Assembly (NCBI GenBank): GCA_951406725.2
Contig: OX597821.1
Span: 11,904,001 to 11,968,000 of the forward strand
Origin: Octopus vulgaris
Lineage: Eukaryota
Length of the DNA stretch: 64,000 nt
Reading direction: 5' to 3'
Positions 41,585 through 56,069 of this stretch are shown here, piece by piece. The notes below the pieces were generated by a model. That model did not search any database, had not been told where the DNA came from, and saw only the letters and a program-made list of their open reading frames with translations. Each line of letters opens with the position of its first letter. Within the stretch, counting starts at the first letter, position 1. The position numbers were made by a program, and so were the translations under genes.

Positions 41585-43033
41585 AATCATGTAAAAAGAA
41601 GTAAATACTGTAGCTGGTAACAATAAATGTAGTTGAGAATGCATGAATGTAATATTTATCACTTTACATCGTAGTATCTGTTAATTGATAAACAAATGCA
41701 GCGAATTTTACCACAGATTTATGAGTAGTTATGACATCAGAGGAGTTATGTAGTCTGCAGACCGTAGCTTCCTAGAGATACTTAACCAGGCAGCAAAGTT
41801 ATTCTGGGTGTACAGAATTGAATTAGTGTAAAATCGTCCATTGCCTACATAAGAAGCAACGTGTTTTAAAGTTAACAATTGAAATGCTCCTTTAGTCTGC
41901 AGTGGTGTTTTCCATGAATGAATCCAGAATGAGATGATGCGTAACAGATGGATCAACAATTGTTAGTTAACGCCGCAGTGCAGTTGTCAAATCTAAACTA
42001 TGCCTGTTTCATGCTATTTAATATGGTTCTCTTAATCGTTTTGCATCCAGAAGTAACATACATATTTGGTGTAGTATCAACTATATCTAATCATTTCTAA
42101 TCCAGCTTTTGGCAATTAGATTCACAGTTTGTCGTTATAATTACTTTTAGTGCGATCAAAGATGGCAGAAAGATGAGAATTTGAAGAAATTGTTCCCGTG
42201 TGCAAGAGTTAGTGGGAGTTTTCTTTCTTTAGCACTTGAAGAAAAGCTCTGATCTTTTCTTCCTTCGTCTGATAGAAAGGAATACTCAGAGGTACAGACA
42301 CAGATACTGACACAAACGTACACACACGCACACATACTCACATATATTGAAACTGAAAATGGCTACACCTCTAAATATACTTTCGTAATACATATAAGTG
42401 TGAAATATTTTAATTGCGGTAGTTTCCGATGAATTATTATTCCATGATTTTATGTTTTATGCCTGCATTAAAAGGTTAAATTCTTACGATTGCTAGATGA
42501 ATAAACATAATTACCCGCGTTCAGATATGAAATAATGGTATGTATGCCCAGCAGCATAGTGTATAGAATCACATGTGATTTTGGCTGAGGGGTTGTCTAA
42601 TTTATGTGAGATATGGAGGAATATCACACCTGAAAGACAACTTTAAACAAAATTAAATAGCTTGTATATAATGCTTCATGATATACCACAAAATGGTATA
42701 TTTGGTCAATGTAGTTGAATTGTGTCAATCCAAACTGCTAATTTAAATATCACTAACTTGCTGCATTAATTGAACAACTCACATATGAAATGTAAATGAT
42801 CAGCGTATATGTCAAGGTTCATCAGCATCAAGAATTTCATAATTTCATAAATGTTAGATTCACTTGTTCCGTATATTTACAATTCACTCTCAATAAATTT
42901 CCACTTGATGTAAAATAGCGTTTTCTGTTCCAGTAGTTACCAAATATAGTTCGATAATTGCTATACATACATACATACATACATACATACATACATACAT
43001 ACAAACATACGTACATACTTACATGCATACATG

Positions 43034-43085
<52 letters not shown>

Positions 43086-43110
43086 AATATATATATATAT
43101 ATATATACAT

Positions 43111-43147
<37 letters not shown>

Positions 43148-43197
43148 AATATATATATATATATATTACATACACACATATATATATATATATATAT

Positions 43198-43542
43198 AAA
43201 ATAAATATAAGAGAGTGTTCACTATATTGATCACTCTAGCACCAGTTAATCCAAGAGGTTTCAACCACGAAAAATACATGTTTCCCATGAAAGCCGGTAC
43301 GACTGTTAGCTAACAGTCGTACCGGCTTTCATGGGAAACATGTATTTTTCGTGGTTGAAACCTCTTGGATTAACTGGTGCTAGAGTGATCAATATAGTGA
43401 ACACTCTCTTATATTTATTTTGTGAAAATATTATAATATGTTATAAAATATTATAATAATCCAGGTTTCTCGTAGCACTAGGCCACTTGGTGTGGAATAA
43501 ATATACTATTAAATTAGTATCTAATTCTCTCACCCTTATTAA

Positions 43543-43548
<6 letters not shown>
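43198..43548. mobile_element. Perfect loopless palindrome plus extension, in (TA)n
   Basis: 43198-43421 is self-complementary about AG|CT (43309/43310); right arm continues to a terminus shared with 35.1 and 56.8 kb. Confidence 0.88.
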
Positions 43549-43581
<33 letters not shown>

Positions 43582-43586
43582 TATAT

Positions 43587-45355
43587 GAATTTAGAGATAA
43601 AACCACTATTAGGCAAATCAAACAGTGAAAAACATAAAGCAAAACATAGAAATAAAATTAATTAATATAATAAAATATATAAAATATAAAATTAAAAATT
43701 TATATTATTTAAATTTAAAGTTAAAAAAACCTTGCAAAGATAAGTATATATTTATATTTAAGATTTAAAAATTTAAAAATTTAAATTTTTTAATATGTCT
43801 TATTACATAATTTTGTATTTTATATAAATACTGATTGTTATGTAATGATTTAGTTATCGTAGTTTTTTCTATTTAATTATTAGATTTTAACGTTACGTTT
43901 ATTCGTAAGACTTTACTTAGCCGAAGAGATATATAGATCGTTAACAGTTATACGAGTTTTTAAAAGTTATGTTTCATGTATATACATGTATTGATAGTAT
44001 GCATTTTAGTCTTTAATAACTATATTTGTTGATAGTTATTTTAAATATTTTATAATTGTTATTATAACTTATATATTGTTTTTTTTTCATTGATAATTGG
44101 TTGTAGTATTTTTCCATTGATAAATATATTTGTAGTATTTATTGGATACTATATAACTACGGATTGATTATTTCATTAAGTATTTTATTATTTCATTTTA
44201 GTTCTTAAATATGCGGTTTTTGTAAGTTAGCCAACGAGATATATGGATCCTTAATTAGTTATAGAGTTATTTTAAGATAGTTTGTTTGTTTGTTTACAAT
44301 TAACTTTTTCATCTTTAATCTTTTATTATTTTTTTTTATTTATTTATAAGTAATAATGAACAATTAATTTATTAGCTCTTTATTATACGTGCATATATAT
44401 ATTTATTGATAGAGATAATTTTAGATCTTAATTCTTATATTTATATACATTTATATATATTCATTGATAATTTAGTTATTATTCAAATATTATATAATTA
44501 TTCGACTTGAAATTAAATTTAATAATATGAATAGTGATTTTTTTGTTAAATATTTAGGTAATTAGATATTGACTATAACTGAAATTAGATTATTTGTGGG
44601 TTTATTATGTGTTTTTAAAGCCATATTATATCTGAATAGATAAATACATTTTCTATCTATTCTTACCTTAAAAATTAATACTTCAATCGATTGTGTGACA
44701 TAATCATAATCGTTAAAGTTTCTAGGTTGATAAAAGTTTTTTTTTATAAGAAAAATTATTATTTTATTTATTTCTTAAAAAATATCGTTTAAATATATTT
44801 GATTATTTAAATATTATCATTAACATGAAGAGTGACTATAACCATAATTAGAATTACTAATTGAATTTAAATTATTGTTATTCAAATTAGGTTATGGGCA
44901 TGAAACGATCGTAGTGGTTATACTTTTTATCTTATATTAAACTTTTTAATACTCTTTGATAGTTGTATATATTTTATATATATATATATATATATAAAGA
45001 AAAATAAAAATAATAATAAAAAACATAATAATATATATATATACAAATTTATAAGTATAAATATATAATAAAAAAATAATAAAAATAATATATATATATT
45101 AACTTATAAGTATAAATTAATAATTAATAAATTAAATCTAAATAATCTAAATTTAGAATTTTATATTTTATATATTTTATTACATTAATTAATTTTATTT
45201 CTATGTTTTGGTTTATGTTTGTCACTGTTTGATTTGCCTAATAGTTTTGTTATCTCTAATTTAATATATATATATTTATACTGTAAAATTAGATTTAATC
45301 CTAAATCTAATTTTTCCATGTAAGTTGGAATTTAGTCCCTAATATTATTATTAGT
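43587..45355 (+). mobile_element. Very AT-rich PLE-like element with inverted 5' terminal copy
   Basis: 43587-43695 is the reverse complement of about 45155-45265; degenerate HHR at 44821; 3' end homologous to 63790-63870; (TA)n flanks. Confidence 0.72.
44821..44920 (+). ncRNA. Degenerate hammerhead motif with long stem II
   Basis: ATGAAGA-GTG-A-CTATAACC...GGTTATGG-G-CAT-GAAA-CGATCG-TA-GTGGTTA. Confidence 0.6.
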
Positions 45356-45395
45356 ATATATACATTTATATATATATACATATATATATATATAC

Positions 45396-45445
<50 letters not shown>

Positions 45446-45488
45446 AAAGAATGGAGCTGAGCAAGATTTAACAAAATTCCTTTATTTT

Positions 45489-45574
45489 ATTTTCGACATA
45501 TGTTTCGAAGTCTGCAAAATTCCTAATTCTGAATGAATAAGGAGTCCATTATGCAGGTTTGTCTTCAGGAAAAT
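45489..45574 (-). ncRNA. Hammerhead motif, stem II base mutated
   Basis: ATTTTC-CTGAAGA-CAAAC...CTTC-GAAA-CATATG-TC-GAAAAT. Confidence 0.7.
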
Positions 45575-45676
45575 CCAGGAACTTCTTTCGCCAACAAAAT
45601 CATTATCGCTATGGGCTCCTCGAGAGCAGTCATCTAAAAACTTGTTGTGCATTTTGTTGGCGAAAGAAGTTCCTGG

Positions 45677-45762
45677 ATTTTCCTGAAGAGAAAGCTGCAT
45701 AATGGACTCCTTATCCATTCGGAATTAGGAATTTTGCCGACTTCGAAACATATGTCGAAAAT
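45677..45762 (+). ncRNA. Type I hammerhead ribozyme motif
   Basis: ATTTTC-CTGAAGA-GAA...TTC-GAAA-CATATG-TC-GAAAAT; all core residues present. Confidence 0.87.
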
Positions 45763-45969
45763 AAAATAAAGGAATTTTGTTAAATCTTTGCTCAGCTCCA
45801 TTCTTTCCTATACTTATTATATTAAATTAAACTTCAAATTTCCGCAATAAGGCACGGAGTATATGCCCTATGGTCGTAACTTCAACCATGTTCTTTCTGT
45901 TGTGAGTTTGCTACCCAGGTATCGGTTATCTTTCGAATTATCCGTAATAAGATAATTCGGTTATCTACT

Positions 45970-46025
<56 letters not shown>

Positions 46026-46029
46026 TGTA

Positions 46030-46254
46030 CATATATTTATATAAGAAAAATAAGACAAGGTAGAAAATGCTAAATTAATATTATTATGGAGTACAATTTA
46101 GTGCTGGTTTCTGTCTTTTTAGGCATTTTCAACTAAGTGTAAAATAAGTAAAACAATTAAATTGAAAAACAAATTAAAGGAAATGGTTTGTAGCTATTCT
46201 CATAGTTCTTGAAAAGGTAAATATTTCTATAGTTTTCAGACAGTCTCTAACTAT

Positions 46255-46306
<52 letters not shown>

Positions 46307-46730
46307 AATCTATCTCTTTTCCTTTGTTAATATCTGGTAGCTAGGTAGATAGGTAATTATATACGTAGGTAGGTAGGAGTAAATGTGAACGAATACTTTG
46401 TATACAGACAACTGATAGTCATTTTAAACCACCAAATGTTTGTATCCAAACTATTCATTCAAATTTACTACTAACTACCCACATACTTACTAGGCATTCA
46501 CAAAGGGATAGAGACAGACTATCTGAAAACTATGGAAATATTTATTCAAAGGCTATGAGGATACCTACGAAACATTTCACTTAATTATTTTCTCCAATTT
46601 AATTGTTTTCCGTATTTTACTCTTAGTTGAAAAAGTCTAAAAAGACGGAAATCGGTACTAAAATGTACGTCATGATAAAATTATTTTAGCATTTTCTACC
46701 TTTCCTTGTTTTCATTATACATATCAACTC
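46030..46730. mobile_element. Old inverted-repeat insertion with decayed HHRs
   Basis: About 46030-46255 vs 46505-46730 inverted; 46623-46661 TTAG-TTGAAAA-A-GTCT-AAAA-AGAC-G-GAAA-TCGG-TA-CTAA. Confidence 0.72.
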
Positions 46731-46789
46731 ATGTGTTACATTTCTAGCTCTCACTCTCTCTCTCTCTCTTTCTCTGTATACTTTTTTTT

Positions 46790-47159
<370 letters not shown>

Positions 47160-47317
47160 GTGTGTATGTACTTATTTATTTATGCATAAAGAAAAAAAGA
47201 GGCATACAGAATTTTTTATAATTCCTTATATATTTTTTTATTATCAGGGCTTACCTACCAACATACCTTTCTACCTACCTACCTACCAACGAGATATTAT
47301 CAAAGGAACAGAGATAG

Positions 47318-47368
<51 letters not shown>

Positions 47369-47979
47369 GATATATAGATAGAGAGAGAGAGAGAGAGAGA
47401 GATAGAGAGAGAGGGGAGGTGAATGAGTGATTGTTTGAAAACACACACACACGCATATTGATTGATTGATTGATTGACTGACTGATGCATCGATTGATTG
47501 AAGAACTTTAAACCTCAGTCAGATATAAAATTATAGCTGTGGTTCTATCGCTTTTGGCAATTGTATTACTGCCATTTGCCTAGTGTGTATTTGTACAGTC
47601 TGAGCAGACCGTCCTACTCCTGAATGCAAAGTAGATCGAGCAACTGATTCTCCCATTCTTCTTTAGATAGTAACGGCTGTCAGAGTAAAATAAGGCGTGC
47701 ATAATTCATTGATCTGGCACGTAACTATAGTCACACTAATACATCTTTTAAAAATGATCTTCCTTTCATTGAAAACCACATGCGAGAATAGTTCAATTGA
47801 TAATGAAGAATATGTAACTTTCCAAAGGAATTCATTTAACAAAAACTTCAGAACATTGACTTCAACGGGATTGCCTCAAACATTTTGAAAATCGTACCGC
47901 ATTCGAGCATTCAGCTAGAGGGAGGCAAGATACACTTCCAAGGTACTGAACACCGAGATGAATGAATGAAGGATATTGA

Positions 47980-48221
47980 AAGGCGGCAAACTGGCAGAAA
48001 CGTTAGCACGCCGGGCGAAATACTTAGCGGTATTTTGTCTGCAGCTACGTTCTGAGTTCAAATTCCGCCGAGGTCGACTTTGCCTTTCATCCTTTCGGGG
48101 TCGATTAAATAAGTACCATTTTACGCACTGGGGTCGATATAATATAATCGACTTAATCCATGTGTTTGTCTTTGCTTGTCCTCTCTGTGTTTAGCCGTTT
48201 GCGGGTAGTAAAGAAATAGGT
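47980..48221 (+). mobile_element. SINE family B
   Basis: Homology to 11491-11725. Confidence 0.92.
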
Positions 48222-48489
48222 ATCGGTGACAGGATATGATTTCATAAGTTTAGGCTTACAAGTTATCAACGTACTCACTGATTAGAAGAAATGTCTACCC
48301 TAAGTTTGTAAAAGACGAATGATAATGCAGCCAGTGGTACTTGTGTTGCAATCTTGGTCGTAAATTAAATGACACACTGCGATATATTATAATATACTTC
48401 TTCATACTCTTTCCCCACATATAATGCTTTCAAGTGTATGTAAATATTAGCAAACTAACAGTTGTTGTTTTATAGGCGTCGAAAGTGTG

Positions 48490-49070
48490 TTGTAAGATAC
48501 AAATAAGATGATAATGTATTTTCGAACGCGGAAACGCCGTGAGAAGAGCAGAAATACTGGGCAAATGACCCTTACAAACCGGAAAAAAATATTGTCAACA
48601 CAGAGCCATGGGTATTGAAAACACATTTCTTGAAGACTCCGCCCAAGTCCTTTACTGTTAATCTAAATGTCTCGCCAAATATACAACTACGTGCATATAA
48701 ATATAATTATATATACTATTTCTTTACTACCCACAAGGGGCTAAACACAGAGGGGGACGAACAAGGACAGAGAAACAGATTAAGTCGATTATATCGACCC
48801 CAGTGCGTAACTGGTACTTATTTAATCGACCCCGAAAGGATGAAAGGCAAAGTCGACCTCGGCGGACGGAATTGTACATTGAGCTTAATAGCGTCTGAAA
48901 TTGCGGATTAATTTGCAGCACTTGGCCGGAGGATTCAAGCGATGTAGGTTCGAGTCAGTCTCATGACGGTTTGTCGACAATTTTTTCCCGCTTTGTAAGT
49001 GTAATTTACCCACTATTTCGGCTGTTCTCTACGATCGAAAATAAATTATCATCTTGTTTGTATCTTACAA
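48490..49070. mobile_element. Inverted-repeat (MITE-like) element with a tRNA-like interior
   Basis: Termini ttgtaagatacaaataagatgataat / attatcatcttgtttgtatcttacaa; arms of about 110-130 bp; B-box-like ggttcgagtc near 48947. Confidence 0.65.
48716..48866 (-). mobile_element. SINE family B, 5'-truncated and nested
   Basis: Homology to the 32.1 kb copy. Confidence 0.88.
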
Positions 49071-49198
49071 TGATTTTAAGGTTTAACTAGTAGAAAATAA
49101 AAGAAGTTATAAGCTATTCGCGTAAACGCAAGTCTTTTAATTGATATACTTCATAGACTTATGTACACCTCTATCATACACACACATAACACACGTAC

Positions 49199-49250
<52 letters not shown>

Positions 49251-50012
49251 ATATTACTGTTTCATGTTATGTATGTAAATAAAAAAGGAAATGATGAAAG
49301 AAAAGTATTATTCACTGATATATTACAAAATATAAAGAATTAAGTAAAGAGAACATTTATGTGAGGAACATGTTCATAATTTAGAAATGGATGAATGAAG
49401 TTTCAGATTTAAAAAGATTAGTGTTTATAGCTGAATATAGAGAAAGAGCTTCAGCAGGAAATACAGACTGAGAGAGAAACATAAAAGTAGGAGATACGGT
49501 TCCAGACAATTATATAAAAGAGCCAGAAATTTAAAAAAAAATGGAGACAAATAGTGAGAAGGTTCGATAGATATATATACTGCGAACGGTGATACAGGGA
49601 AAGCAAAATAACTGAGCCAAAAATGTAAGACAAAACTGAAATAGATATATGAAGGAATTCACAGACACACAGGCGCATGCATCTGTTTAAGTTTTTTTCT
49701 TTTCTACCGGAAACGGAAGTTGATTCGGCCAAGCAAATCAGAAATCAAACATAGTACGTGAAAGAGGAAACACGAACAGTCAATATTTCGTCAGTTGTAC
49801 ACTAGATATATAACTGTATATATTAGATATAGTACACTTTTACGTGATCCTGGTTAATGGGATATTTTTGTACTTTGCTCAAAGCATGACATTGCGCGCA
49901 TATAGATAGTGTATATTAACATACAAACGCACATACACACACACAAGCTGAGATATATATCTATGTACGTGTATTCATATATGCGTGTATATAAAATATA
50001 TATATATATATA

Positions 50013-50410
50013 GGCGCAGCAGTGGCTATGTGGTAAGTAGTTTGCTTACCAACCCCATGGTTCCGGGTTCAGTACCACTGCGTGATACCTTGGGCAAGTG
50101 TCTTCAACTATAACCTCGGGCCGACCGAAGCCTTGTGAGAGGATTTGGTAGACGGAAACTGAAAGACGCCCGTCGTATATATGTATATATATGTGTATGT
50201 GTGTGTATGTTTATTTGTCTGTGTTTGTTTCACCAACACCGCTTGACAACCGATGCTGGTCTGTTTACGTTCCCTTAACTTAGCAGTTCGGTAAAAGAGA
50301 GCGATAGAATAAGTACTAGGCTTCCAAAGAATTAGTCTTAGGGTCGATTTGATCGACTAAAGGCGGTGCTACAGCATGGCCGCAGTAAAACAATTAAAAG
50401 AGTAAAAGAG
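50013..50410 (+). mobile_element. SINE family A
   Basis: Homology to 3051-3482. Confidence 0.93.
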
Positions 50411-50740
50411 TATATATATATATACATACATATATGCATACACACACATATATGTACGAGAACATCAATAGATACATTTATTTGCACAAAGCCTCTCCAC
50501 CCCAGATCAAAAAATTTACTTATACAATCCGTTGAGATTGCAAAATGATTAGCACGACGGGCAAATACCTAGTGGTATTTCTTTCAGTCTGTTGTCCTGG
50601 GCTCAAAATACACCATTTTCGATTTTAATCTCTCACTAATTTTGAGCACTGTGATCCACAAAATGAAAGATCTTGTACCTATATCAGAAAAAAGAATATA
50701 TATATATATACATACAAAGTTTTTGAGATGCTAAAAGAAA

Positions 50741-50780
<40 letters not shown>

Positions 50781-51519
50781 TTTCTTTTAACAGCTCAAAA
50801 ACTGTGGCTATGCTGGTGTACTGCCGTTAGGTTTCCTGCACTTTTACTAAACCTCCTCTGATAGTAATACTTGCTGGATGAGAGAATTTGATGGTGTTGC
50901 AGAATCTGATTTTACATTTTGAAGCCGAATCTGGGATGTTTGAGACTATGCAGCGGCGCCCTCTCTGCTGACTGTATAACTTCCTCACAAGATTTTTTTA
51001 CAAGGCCTATATACATACATAGATACACATATACATTCATGTATGATGTCCGTAAACTCGTGATCGAGGAAGGCCTTCAGGAACATTTGCGCTATAGGAC
51101 TAACTTATATTTTATATTTGCGGATCCGTTGGTGTCTAACGAGCCCTTAAATTCATAGGCATATATACATATATACATACATATATGTTGTATTTAATCT
51201 CTTGTTATCAACGTTTCTAACCATATTGCATTTATATTTTTCAGGTGCCTTGTTGATGGAAAAGCTTTTGCTAAATGAAACACTAAAATGTTTTGATACT
51301 CCTCCACAAAAGGCGCAAAATAGGAACAAAATAGGACACGCAGATGTGTTTTGTACCGCTAATTTTGCCCATGTCATGATGTACGAAATTAAGCAAAAAA
51401 AAAAAAAAATACAATACATACGCCACATTTTGTTATAATTCCCACAGATTTTCTACTTAATTGCACTTGTAATACAGTTTTGAAATTGTAAAGTGTATTT
51501 ATGGACACCCTATATATAA

Positions 51520-51592
<73 letters not shown>

Positions 51593-51619
51593 GATAGATA
51601 GATAGATAGATAGATAGAG

Positions 51620-51679
<60 letters not shown>

Positions 51680-51985
51680 CGATAGATAGATTTCAATGGG
51701 TCAAACAAAGTTAGTTGCTGTTACACAAGCATTCACCTCTGACTGTCTAGCTTTATATAAAGGCAATGGCTGTGAGCTAATGAGGATGGCAACGGGATTC
51801 CTGTCCTTTTGTCTTTAATTCATTAATTAATGTTGCGTTTTGTAAACACTCTGACGCATTACGGTAATGCATAAGTTTCCTGGGTTCTGGCAACTCAACA
51901 TTACTATCATTATTCCTAAGCGAGATCATAATTACATATGTATACATATATTTATATGCATGCATATATATATACATATATATCT

Positions 51986-52082
<97 letters not shown>

Positions 52083-52192
52083 TCAGTACATATGTATGCA
52101 ACTATATAAACGTGTACCTGCGTGATGTATGTTTGTATAAAGACATACAAACACAGTTATATTATCAATGTGTTGATACCTTTATCTGCGTG

Positions 52193-52224
<32 letters not shown>

Positions 52225-52716
52225 GCCACACGCATATATAAGTAGGTATATACATTCGTTAGTTTTAATACATATCTGAGACAGATTTCATAACTCTGAT
52301 AAAGACAGATAGCAGACTAAATTGAATACATTAGAATATGTGACGGATACATGTGGCGACGCATCTTGTTCAGTTGCCAAACAATCCCCGTTGTATGTTG
52401 CCAATATGTCGGAGAGGAATACGATTGGCTACGTGATTCATTATAAACCGGGACTTCATTTATGTCTTACTGTGAGATTTGGTCACTAAGAACCTACATA
52501 TGCACATATGCACATACGCACATATGTCCGCTTGCACACATTCGTAAACATTAATTACTACTATATGAATAAAGTGGATTATGTGTAACGATGTATTCAA
52601 CATTATATATTCGTGTATGTATATATATATGTGTGTGTGTGTGTTTGCGTGTGTGTAATATACGCATTGTACGTGCATAAACAATTTCGTATGCACGATT
52701 ATGTCTCTATGTATGA

Positions 52717-52785
<69 letters not shown>

Positions 52786-53039
52786 TGTACGAAATGAGGA
52801 AAAGAGAGAGAAAGAAATACGGAAAAATATGAGAGAGTTTGACAGCTACAAAGATCGATGGAGAAATATAATTAAATATGCATAAATAGATATATTCACC
52901 GTATATCATTTCGCTCTTCATCTTACAGTCTATATTTTGCAGGTTGATGTAACTTGCAAGTATTAGTAAGGCTACATATTTAATAACAACAGTCTCCAAT
53001 GTACAGGACACTATTTTCCTATGTTCCTAATTTAGCCTT

Positions 53040-53975
53040 GCACTTAATGTTGGTGCTCCAGCTAGACGCACAGAAACGAATCTTCTACTCGTGTACTGGT
53101 CATCATCGACAACGAGGGATGAATATGCTGGTTACAATCACTTGCCGAAAGACACCCAGCGTTCTAGGGCGAGTGAAGGATAAAAGAGGAGTGGATGTAG
53201 CAGGGGCAGTAGCGAAATTTCTTCAGGTAATTTTAAAACATACGATTAAATTGATAGGGGTTTTCTAAGGATGTGTGCAGTAATTGTAGGCAGAATCTTT
53301 TGGATTTCTCTAACGCATTGTTCTCCTGGGATGTTATCTAGATGTTACTGACATCCTATTTTGATCATATCTAGGGCACCTACAATAGTAGAAACAGTTC
53401 AAATGCTGATGTAGACCAAGGAACAACCCATCATTGTTTGAGAAGTTCAGGACTGAAAGCAGAAACCGTCGGTTTCATATTGGCGGCGCAAGATCAAATC
53501 TTGCTTCCGAAAAACTACCAAATTAACGTTGCTCAAAATGGTTCTGATCCTAAATGCAGAATCTGCTACATATTTGACAAAATAATAGACCATCTCGTCT
53601 CTAGATGTCTTGTGCTGATGTCAAAGAATGCAAAAATCGGTACGAGACTATTCACACTGGAAAATATGCTAACCTTATAAAATCTGCATTCCTGCTTACT
53701 GGCATGAACAGCATCCCGAGCCAGTCATTGAAGGTAAAATTGTCTTTATCATCCGGGATATTCTACTCAACACCGATAGAACGATCCGGGCTAATCGAAC
53801 AGAAAAGGTCATTAAGGACGAGGAAGAAAATTCCTGTAGACTAATAGAGGTAAGTGTTCCCACTGATAAGAATATAAGTGTGAAGGAATTTGACAAATTA
53901 ATTAAATATAAAGATCTGGTAATTGAAATACAACAAAAAAGAGGCATCTAAAAGCGAGATCTGTTCTTGCTATTA
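53040..53975. mobile_element. R4/Dong-like non-LTR retrotransposon relic (REL endonuclease), internally inverted
   Basis: Plus strand 53438-53970: GLKAETVGFILAAQDQ, KCRIC..IIDHLVSRC, TDRTIRANR, LIEVSVPTDKNISVKEFDKLIKYKDL; minus strand 53400-53246: TIVGALDMIK..IPG..EIQK..TAHILRK; left edge approximate. Confidence 0.85.
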
Positions 53976-54430
53976 TTACTATTATTATTGAGTGAGAGAG
54001 CAGTGCATACCATTAAAGAGACATTGGGGAAAATATACGAATCCCAATATATCAAAATGGCCACCCGTCTGATTAAGGTACACCAGGCACATGCATTATA
54101 ACCATTTGTGCGCCACATGGTGATCTCATATCAAAGTAAACAGCGCTTGACCTTGCAGGTGGAGTCCAGTTAAAATGTTCTAAAGGTCAAGTAGCCCATC
54201 CGCTCCAAATGTCCCTCAATAAGGGCTGTTTAAGTATGTTGAACGAAACATCCATGTTTCCAGAGGAGAATTATTCAAACCCCAAAGAATTCCTCCCAAC
54301 ACATGGCTATATTGTACCCCGACAATTTCTGGTCGTGATCATAGATGCACATATCGTCAGCCACTAACTCAACTGGTTAAGTTGAAGCAACTGACAAGTA
54401 AATCTGTGGTATTGAACATATTGTTTGTTG
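53976..54430 (-). mobile_element. Probable non-autonomous retroposon with (TAA)n tail
   Basis: Abuts a short (ATT)n run and is compositionally distinct; resembles an abundant octopus repeat from memory only; single copy here. Confidence 0.4.
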
Positions 54431-54436
54431 TAGCTC

Positions 54437-54515
<79 letters not shown>

Positions 54516-54519
54516 CATC

Positions 54520-54550
<31 letters not shown>

Positions 54551-54633
54551 CTATCAATCTCTATCTCTATCTCCCTATGTATCTATATAACTAGCTATCT
54601 ATCTATATGTAGATGTTTGTGTGTATATTTATG

Positions 54634-54675
<42 letters not shown>

Positions 54676-54706
54676 TACATACACACACATATATATATAC
54701 ATATAT

Positions 54707-54822
<116 letters not shown>

Positions 54823-55147
54823 TGTATATCTTCGTCATTAAATTATTCTTCATACTTCTGATTTGTTTAAAGATGGTGCGATAATGAGAACTTGAGAGTT
54901 TTCGCTTACGTGCCAGGGATATTTGTGGCGCCACACGTTGCGGTGTTGGGAAAGGGACTCTGGTGTGCGCTGCCAATGTGTCGGTAAGGCATATATTTAT
55001 CTGTGACTCATTAGAAATTGGGTCTGTAATAGATATAACACTAAAAACTTTGGTCCCATTGCCTCCATATATACACAAATGAATTCATGTGAATATGTGC
55101 TTATGGGTCTATGCACACACACATACACACACATCAGCCCCCCCCAC

Positions 55148-55200
<53 letters not shown>

Positions 55201-55529
55201 GAGAGAGAGAGTGACATTTATGATAGTATTAAATACAGTTATAATTAAATGCACAGAGGTTTCTCTGCTTATATGCTGAAGATAGATGCTAAATCCATCT
55301 AACCACCCTTTATAATTTGTACATGCTGAAAGCGAGGAAGTAGACTGACTGAAGTTAATAAAACAATTCAGAGAGTTTAATCACTTCCATACTATTCTGA
55401 ACAAAGACCTACGTGTTGCGGTGGATTAAATCCGATGCGTATATATTTGTGATCTTTATGCGTAATCTCATTTTTACATGTGCTTTTCTGTGGGTATGTG
55501 TAAATATTTCATATATGTCTCTCAGTATG

Positions 55530-55577
55530 CCTTGCTGATGAAGGAAAAGTTATACTAATCCAGAAATTGGTCACTCC
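55530..55577 (+). ncRNA. Degenerate hammerhead core
   Basis: CTGATGA-A-GGA-(13 nt)-TCC-A-GAAA-TTGG-TC; stem I does not pair. Confidence 0.45.
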
Positions 55578-55814
55578 AAAACACTTTGAATTATGTTATG
55601 GATTTCGGTCAGACTACTTCCTTGCTTTCAACGTGTGCAAATTAAAAAGTGATAATTTGGAGTGGTTAGACGGATTTTGGGTGTATCTTATAGGCACATA
55701 AGCCTTTGCGCATTTAATTATAATTTCATACTATTATAAATCTAAATTGGTACACTGAAAAAAATCTTTTAATGATTTTATCCTTTAATTATATTTTTGT
55801 GTGTGTATATGTAT

Positions 55815-55869
<55 letters not shown>

Positions 55870-56017
55870 CATGCACATATATATGTATCTATGTGTAAGT
55901 TTGCGTGTATGTGTGTGTATGTTTATGTTCGTCGCTGTGTGTGCATAAGTATATATAAATATACACGTCTACACCCACACACACTTATATATATATATGT
56001 ATATAGACATATCTATA

Positions 56018-56067
<50 letters not shown>

Positions 56068-56069
<2 letters not shown>

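Larger units (their letters stand above)
45439..45972. mobile_element. Hairpin insertion with an HHR in each arm, in (TA)n
   Basis: Arms 45439-45600 and 45651-45812, 50-bp spacer; right arm extends to (TA)n near 45972. Confidence 0.9.
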
